Origin: Candidatus Nealsonbacteria bacterium DGGOD1a
GTDB lineage: Bacteria; Patescibacteriota; Minisyncoccia; Minisyncoccales; UBA5738
DNA: 64,000 bases
Direction of reading: 5' to 3'
NCBI GenBank assembly: GCA_022530585.1
Contig: CP092821.1
Span: forward strand, 1,025,509 to 1,089,508
Shown: positions 58,456 to 64,000 of the stretch, piece by piece
How the letters are laid out: every line of letters starts with the position of its first letter
How positions within the stretch are numbered: the first letter of the stretch is position 1
Notes under the pieces: generated by a model
What the model was told of the DNA's origin: nothing
What the model saw: the letters and a program-made list of their open reading frames with translations, nothing else
Database searches by the model: none
Translations under genes and position numbers: made by a program

Positions 58456-58770
58456 ATGGAGATGGATACAAAAAGAGAAAAACCAGCACCAAAAATTACA
58501 GTCGAAGGGCTTACGACTGTTCCAATAGGATTTGGAGAAAGCCAGAACCCAATGGAAGACGACCCCCGAATACCCAAAGTTTTTTTGAGCTTAATCAAAA
58601 GTCGCGGCGGAACAATCATCGGCTTTGAAGCCAAACCGGAAAACGATCGCGGCCACTGCTGGTGCACCAGAGTATTACACGGATTAAACAGGTGCGCCTT
58701 CACCGCCAACATACAAACCGGCGCCAATTATATAATTACTTTGAATTACGAAACTCCTAAAAAATGCTAA
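58456..58770 (+). CDS. Hypothetical protein whose C-terminus is supplied by the IS982 TIR (probably truncated)
   Basis: AGGAGGAGG Shine-Dalgarno; ends TLNYETPKKC, encoded by the IS end. Confidence 0.4.
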   Translation: MEMDTKREKPAPKITVEGLTTVPIGFGESQNPMEDDPRIPKVFLSLIKSRGGTIIGFEAKPENDRGHCWCTRVLHGLNRCAFTANIQTGANYIITLNYETPKKC

Positions 58771-59744
58771 AATGACACCAGAGCCGGCGACTGGTAAATC
58801 GCCGACTCAACACCAACATGAAAGTTGTAATTCCATTTTACAACGAAATCAGGAAGGTGGTAAGTATTTTTTCACAACAATTAAAAATTGACAAGCTCAC
58901 AAACAAAACCGGTCGAAAATTGGCGTTGCCGATAATCACAGTATTATCGCTGGCGATATTCAAGCAAGCCGGCGGTATCGCTACCAAAAAATCATTATTC
59001 ACCATTTTCAATCTTCACAAAATCTGCTCTTACAAAACATTGGTCATGAGCATCAATCGTTGGGCAATTCTGGCATTGCGATTAATGTTTATCATCATGA
59101 GGATGAGCAAGAAAAACCAACACATTATCAAACATATTGATTCCACCGATATTCCCGTTTGTTTGTTCAAAAATGCCAACAAGAACAAAGTGATGAAAAT
59201 GTTCGCCAGTTTCGGCAGAAGCGCAAAAGGTACCTATTTCGGCTTAAAAATGCATCTGATCGCGGATTTCAAAAGGCAAATACTGGCCATCAAATTCACT
59301 TCCGCGAATGTTGACGACCGCGATGTCGTTATCAAATTATCCAAGAAATTGAACGGCGTGTTCATTGCCGACGCCGGATATGTTTCCGAGAAATTGCAAA
59401 GAAAATTCCACCGCGCCCGCAAAAGAATTTTGCTGGTGAAAGCCAGGAACAACATGAAAAAAGTCATCACTCAATTCCAGAAAAAATTATATGATACCAG
59501 AATGATCATTGAATTGAATTTTCGCAATTTGAAAATGTTCTACGGGCTGATTACCAGCCTCCCCAAATCAGTGGACGGATATTTGTCCAATTATATCTAC
59601 AGTCTGCTGGCTTATCAAATTATTTAGTTGTGAACCGTGAAAAAACTTACCGCAATCGAATGTTTTCCGCCAAACTCCGCGACGCGGGCAAGTTTTTGTT
59701 TCGTAATCGTTTTTGTTTAAAAGCGGGTTTCGTAATTCAAAGTA
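58737..59744 (+). mobile_element. IS982-family insertion sequence
   Basis: Perfect TIRs TACTTTGAATTACGAAAC (58737-58754) / GTTTCGTAATTCAAAGTA (59727-59744). Confidence 0.85.
58818..59627 (+). CDS. IS982-family DDE transposase
   Basis: IDSTDIPVC, FGLKMHL, SANVDDR, IADAGYVS, RMIIE..F..LK. Confidence 0.88.
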   Translation: MKVVIPFYNEIRKVVSIFSQQLKIDKLTNKTGRKLALPIITVLSLAIFKQAGGIATKKSLFTIFNLHKICSYKTLVMSINRWAILALRLMFIIMRMSKKNQHIIKHIDSTDIPVCLFKNANKNKVMKMFASFGRSAKGTYFGLKMHLIADFKRQILAIKFTSANVDDRDVVIKLSKKLNGVFIADAGYVSEKLQRKFHRARKRILLVKARNNMKKVITQFQKKLYDTRMIIELNFRNLKMFYGLITSLPKSVDGYLSNYIYSLLAYQII

Positions 59745-60022
59745 AAAAAAGTAAATTTAACGCCTTGCGTGATGAAAGTAAGCTCGTCCAAACGGCTGAC
59801 GATAATTTCATCGATTTTGATATTTTCAAAAATTTTGTTTTTTATTCGGGTATTGCTGAATTTTTTTTGCGAAAACATATCGAAATCGATTGACCGCCGG
59901 TGGCCGATTTGCAACGCAATCGCCGTACCGCCGACCAACCCAAAACTTTTTGAAAACAATTTTAAAACCGGCAATAATTTTATTTGATTCTCTGTCAGAA
60001 TTTCTTTATGAATTGCCGGCAT
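59717..60022 (-). pseudogene. AbiEii-like nucleotidyltransferase toxin, truncated by IS982
   Basis: LVGGTAIALQIGHRRSIDFD; the reading frame runs into the TIR after VKFTFF. Confidence 0.8.
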
Positions 60023-60272
60023 ATTTTTGAAAATACAAATTAAAATAATGTTTGACTTCTGGGCGCAAATTGCATCTTTTCTGCGCGGCTTGTTCTCTGA
60101 AAATTTCTGCCACTCTTTTAATGCCCAGGATTCTTATAACTTCATTCACGTCTTTGAAGTTGCCGTAGTTTAAAACCGCCTCCACGATCGATTCCTCGGA
60201 AAGCTTGTCGTATTGCATCGTTGACCAAACTAATCCCGGTCTTTTTTTTATGAATTCGTTTATTTCCGCCAT
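60006..60272 (-). CDS. Putative antitoxin partner of the AbiEii-like gene
   Basis: LVWS...IVEAVLNYG; overlaps the toxin start. Confidence 0.65.
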   Translation of the reverse strand: MAEINEFIKKRPGLVWSTMQYDKLSEESIVEAVLNYGNFKDVNEVIRILGIKRVAEIFREQAAQKRCNLRPEVKHYFNLYFQKYAGNS

Positions 60273-60297
60273 AAGTCGATTTTAACATAAAATCGGC

Positions 60298-61662
60298 TTA
60301 AATTCTATATTTCGTCCCCTCTTTGGTGTCGTAGATCTTCACGCCCATGGAAAGCAGGCGGTCACGAATTTCGTCGGATTTGGCAAAGTCTTTCGCGGCT
60401 CTGGCGGCATTGCGATCGGCGATCAGCGATTCGATAAAGGCGTCGCTTTTGGCGGCATCGAATTTCATAAAGTCCATAAAAGAATTGATTTGGCTCAAGA
60501 ATTCAAACGACCTGCGGCCGGATTTTTCTTTCATATTTTGACTGCGGATAAATTCAAACAAAATTGCAAATGCCTGCGGCGTATTGAAATCAACCGCCAG
60601 CGCTTCGTGAAATTTGGCCTTTGCTTCCCCCACCGCCGCCTCGTCATCGACATCATCGAAATTCGCATCCATTTTATTGAAAATAAATTCATCAATACGG
60701 CCCAGCGAATTTTTCGCCTGCTCCAGCGCCGCTTCGGAAAAATCAATCGCGGCGCGATAATGGTTGCCGATAAAAAGATAGCGCAGAACGCGGTAATCGT
60801 AAACTTTCAAAATATCGCGAATGGTTTTAAAATTACCCAAACTCTTGGACATTTTTTCCGAACCGATATTCAAAAATCCGGTGTGCATCCAATAGCGCAC
60901 GAACGGCACCTTGCCGGTGATTGACTCTATTTGCGTGATCTCGGCTTCATGATGCGGGAAAATCAAATCGATCGCGCCACCATGGATATCATATTGCTGC
61001 CCGAATTCAATTTCCGTGATCGCGGTATCTTCAATATGCCATCCGGGACGACCCTTGCCCAATTCGGTTTCCCACGACGGCTCCCCTTCTTTTGAAGATT
61101 TCCACAAGCAAAAATCATTCCAGCCCCGCTTGAAATCGCTTTCATCGATGCGCGACACGCCATCGGTTTCTTTCAGCTCGGTGCGCCCCGAGAGTTTGCC
61201 GTAATCGGCGAATTTGGCAATCTCAAAATACCAACTGCCATCGGGAGCTTGATAGGCTAATCCTTTTTCAATCATCCGTTTTACCTGGCTCACGATATTA
61301 TCGATATAATCCGTGGCACGCGCGTATTTAGTCACCGCGGTATTGCGCAACGCGGCCATATCGTCGATGTAGATTTTTTCAAACTCATCGGCCAAATCGC
61401 GCCAACTGATATTACGGTCTCTTGCTCTTTGGATAATCTTGTCATCGATATCGGTAATATTTACAAGGTAATCCACATCAAAACCGCTCCAGCGCAAATA
61501 CTTCACGATAAAATCGAATTGCGTGTAGGTTTTGGCATGGCCCAGATGCGGAAAATCATAAACCGTGGGCCCGCAAACAAAAAATTTGATCTTCCCCTCC
61601 TCCATCGGCGCCAACTCGGAAACCTTGCGCGACATTGTGCTGTAAATTGATATTTTATTCAT
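60298..61662 (-). CDS. cysS: Cysteine-tRNA ligase
   Basis: CGPTVYD, HLGH, NITDIDDKII, GRPGWHIE, KMSKS. Confidence 0.97.
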   Translation of the reverse strand: MNKISIYSTMSRKVSELAPMEEGKIKFFVCGPTVYDFPHLGHAKTYTQFDFIVKYLRWSGFDVDYLVNITDIDDKIIQRARDRNISWRDLADEFEKIYIDDMAALRNTAVTKYARATDYIDNIVSQVKRMIEKGLAYQAPDGSWYFEIAKFADYGKLSGRTELKETDGVSRIDESDFKRGWNDFCLWKSSKEGEPSWETELGKGRPGWHIEDTAITEIEFGQQYDIHGGAIDLIFPHHEAEITQIESITGKVPFVRYWMHTGFLNIGSEKMSKSLGNFKTIRDILKVYDYRVLRYLFIGNHYRAAIDFSEAALEQAKNSLGRIDEFIFNKMDANFDDVDDEAAVGEAKAKFHEALAVDFNTPQAFAILFEFIRSQNMKEKSGRRSFEFLSQINSFMDFMKFDAAKSDAFIESLIADRNAARAAKDFAKSDEIRDRLLSMGVKIYDTKEGTKYRI

Positions 61663-61669
61663 TGTTTTT

Positions 61670-62545
61670 TTAATTTATTCCGATTTTCCAAATTCCTTTT
61701 TCTAAAAACGCCTCTATCGTCTGGCGATTTGCTTTATTGATTACATTCGGATGTGAAAAATTATTTATTTTAGCAAACTCTTTTAAAGTTATTATTTTTT
61801 TGCCTTCCAAATAAGCAAGCCGTTTATGATAGCTGTTTAAAAGCGCCCGGGCAACAATTTCTTCCATTATCTCGGTTTTTCGCCCTGTATCAAATTCTTT
61901 AAACGCCTCGTAATATTTTTTTCTATCGATAAACTTGATATTTATCGGCACGAATCCTTCTCGAATAAGCAAATAATTATTCAACGCTCGGCCGATGCGC
62001 CCGTTGCCGTCAATAAACGGATGGATATGTTCAAAAGTCAAATGCAGGCGCGCGATTCTTTTTATGATGCTTTCGTTTATATTGGCGTTATAATCAATAA
62101 TCATTTTTTCCAATTGCCCCGCCACCTCTTTGGGATCAACTGCGATATAGCTTCCCACCCTGACCCATTCATCGTTATTCCTGAATCTGCCCGCAACATC
62201 ATCGCGAATATTTGAAAGAAGCATTTTGTGTAACAATAAAATCAACTCAATGTTCAATTCTCGCTCTTTGGCTTTTTTATTTATGTAAGAGACAACCCGC
62301 GCCAGATTTTTCGCTTCGAATATCTCTCTTTCGGAAATATATCTATCCAAATCTATCTGCAATAATATTTTTTCAGTTTCTTCAAAAGTTAAAGTGCTGT
62401 TTTCAATCGCGTTGGAATTATAAACTTGTTCGGCGATTTCCGCCTCGTCAATCAGTTCCAAAAGCGGTTGCTTGCCGGCCAATGCCGCATAATAACGCAC
62501 GCGCAATTCATTGATTTTATTATAAACGCTTGATGTTTTTGCCAT
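61670..62545 (-). CDS. Fic-domain protein
   Basis: SNAIEN; HPFIDGNGRIGR. Confidence 0.93.
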   Translation of the reverse strand: MAKTSSVYNKINELRVRYYAALAGKQPLLELIDEAEIAEQVYNSNAIENSTLTFEETEKILLQIDLDRYISEREIFEAKNLARVVSYINKKAKERELNIELILLLHKMLLSNIRDDVAGRFRNNDEWVRVGSYIAVDPKEVAGQLEKMIIDYNANINESIIKRIARLHLTFEHIHPFIDGNGRIGRALNNYLLIREGFVPINIKFIDRKKYYEAFKEFDTGRKTEIMEEIVARALLNSYHKRLAYLEGKKIITLKEFAKINNFSHPNVINKANRQTIEAFLEKGIWKIGIN

Positions 62546-62595
62546 AGTTTAAATATACTATATTTTCACGATTTAAACAATTATAACCGTGAAAA

Positions 62596-64000
62596 TGTCA
62601 TTTAAAAGTAGTAATGTCATACTTGCGTCCAAGTAGAAATGTCATACCTGGTATGATTGGTGGATAAAACATAACCCACCAATATGGAAAAAGAATTATT
62701 CAAGATGACGCAAAAAGAGCTGGACAGGTATGAAGTAATAAGAAAATTGATCGCCAAAGAAATCACTCCGGGCGATGCGGCCAAGCAGCTGGGGCGGTCG
62801 GTAAGGCAGGTAAAGCGATTGCGCAACAAAGTGCGGGAGAAAGGCGCCAATGGGATCATTCACGGCTTGCGAGGCAAGCAAAGCAACAATAAGACCGATC
62901 TTAAAATCTGGGAAAAATCCGGACAAATAATTTCAGAAAAGTATCCTGATTTCGGCCCGACCTTGGCGCATGAAAAACTGGTTGAGGTTGAAGGAATAAA
63001 AATTGGCAAGCAGACCACGCGCAATTTAATGATCGCAAAAAAGATTTGGATGCCCAAACCAAGAAAACAAAACCAGGAATTCCGCTGCCAAAGAGAACGC
63101 AAAGAATCGCCGGGCGAGCTGGAACAATTCGACGGCTGTTACCACTTCTGGTTTGAGAAACGCGGCGATGAATCTTGTTTGTTGGCCTCCGTCGACGATG
63201 CCACCGGCCGGATCACCCGGGCGGAATTCACGGATAGCGAAAGCGTCATCAATGTGTTTCAATTCTGGAAAGGCTACCTCCAAGAATCAGGCAAACCGAT
63301 AGCCATCTACCTGGATAAATTCAGTACATATAAGATCAATCACAAAAATGCAAAAGACAACAGCGAAATGATCACCCAGTTTCAGAGAGCCGCCCGGGAA
63401 CTGGATATAACCCTGATCACCGCCAACAGCCCGCAAGCCAAAGGCCGAATCGAACGGCTCTTTGACACTTTGCAGGACCGGCTGGTCAAGGAATTGCGAT
63501 TGCGCGGCATCAGCGATATCGCCGCGGCCAGCAAATTCTTAAAAGAAGAATTCATTCCGGATTTCAATCAAAGATTTTCGGTGATTCCCAAAAAGAAAAA
63601 CGATCTGCACCGGCAGCTGCCCGATTTTCAAAGTTCAAATCTTGACGCGATATTTTCCGTCCAATCGCAAAGGCGGGTACAGAATGATTTCACGATAAGG
63701 TTCAAAAACCAATGGATACAGATCGCCAAAGAGCAGATCGCCACCGTGCGCCGCAAGGATGAAATTTTGATGGAAGAGCGGCTCGACGGATCGCTGGCGA
63801 TCCGTCTGCGGGATAAATATTTAAACTTCAAAATCCTGCCGGCCAAGCCGTTGAAAGCCAAAGAATTGATTGCCGCCATACCGGCAAAAAGAATCATCTC
63901 CAAGCCACCGGCGGATCATCCTTGGCGCAAACAAATCGCCGCTGAAATCGCAAAAATCAATTGTTAAAATATTTTTCCGGAAATAACAATACTAATTCTA
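62596..64000 (+). mobile_element. Second IS1202-family element (right end beyond the window)
   Basis: Left end TGTCATTTAAAAGTAGTAATGTCATAC...TAGAAATGTCATACC, homologous to the end at 25573. Confidence 0.85.
62684..63967 (+). CDS. IS1202/ISNCY-family DDE transposase
   Basis: QFDGCYHFWFE, VDDATG, SPQAKGRIERLF, DHPWR. Confidence 0.92.
   Translation: MEKELFKMTQKELDRYEVIRKLIAKEITPGDAAKQLGRSVRQVKRLRNKVREKGANGIIHGLRGKQSNNKTDLKIWEKSGQIISEKYPDFGPTLAHEKLVEVEGIKIGKQTTRNLMIAKKIWMPKPRKQNQEFRCQRERKESPGELEQFDGCYHFWFEKRGDESCLLASVDDATGRITRAEFTDSESVINVFQFWKGYLQESGKPIAIYLDKFSTYKINHKNAKDNSEMITQFQRAARELDITLITANSPQAKGRIERLFDTLQDRLVKELRLRGISDIAAASKFLKEEFIPDFNQRFSVIPKKKNDLHRQLPDFQSSNLDAIFSVQSQRRVQNDFTIRFKNQWIQIAKEQIATVRRKDEILMEERLDGSLAIRLRDKYLNFKILPAKPLKAKELIAAIPAKRIISKPPADHPWRKQIAAEIAKINC

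Noticed and set aside
60278..60300. dif/XerD-like site (TTTAACATAA)
   Set aside because: Only a partial single arm, with no XerC arm at the correct spacing.
1..64000. CRISPR array, cas genes, rRNA, reverse transcriptase/retron/DGR
   Set aside because: No regularly spaced repeat-spacer array and no recognisable genes of these types; the short periodic repeats are palindromic and have no spacers.
1..64000. Alternative genetic code (UGA reassigned)
   Set aside because: Conserved genes are full length under code 11 and several end at TGA.

Overview
This 64-kb window is probably from a small-genome Patescibacteria (CPR, Parcubacteria-like) chromosome. That is an inference from a tandem trio of VirB2/TrbC-like pilins, a tRNA-linked HTH/LAGLIDADG-like ORF and AT-rich periodic palindromes between genes. 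Housekeeping genes (gyrA, cysS, htrA, hsp20, prsW, yraN) and four intact tRNAs are mixed with IS1202-, IS982-, IS200- and IS630-type elements, MITEs and several toxin-antitoxin pairs. Three things stand out. (1) A ~15-kb fatty-acid/phospholipid cluster contains a biotin-dependent acyl-CoA carboxylase, BirA, two PlsC, FabK, a FabZ-FabK/FabX-like fusion, Cfa, FabG, an archaeal-type thiolase, a DUF35-DUF362 fusion and an archaeal-type dephospho-CoA kinase; no ACP, FabD, FabF or FabH is visible in the window. (2) A 12.1-kb serine-recombinase element is integrated at tRNA-Arg(GCG). It carries an intact inverted copy of its own attP, a TIR plus membrane-protein pair, a second lipid cassette (radical SAM, FabK, PlsC) and relaxase/coupling-ATPase genes. 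(3) A complete tRNA-Leu(UAG) gene is nested in the anticodon arm of a second tRNA-Leu-like sequence. All calls come from reading motifs by eye; no database searches were run.
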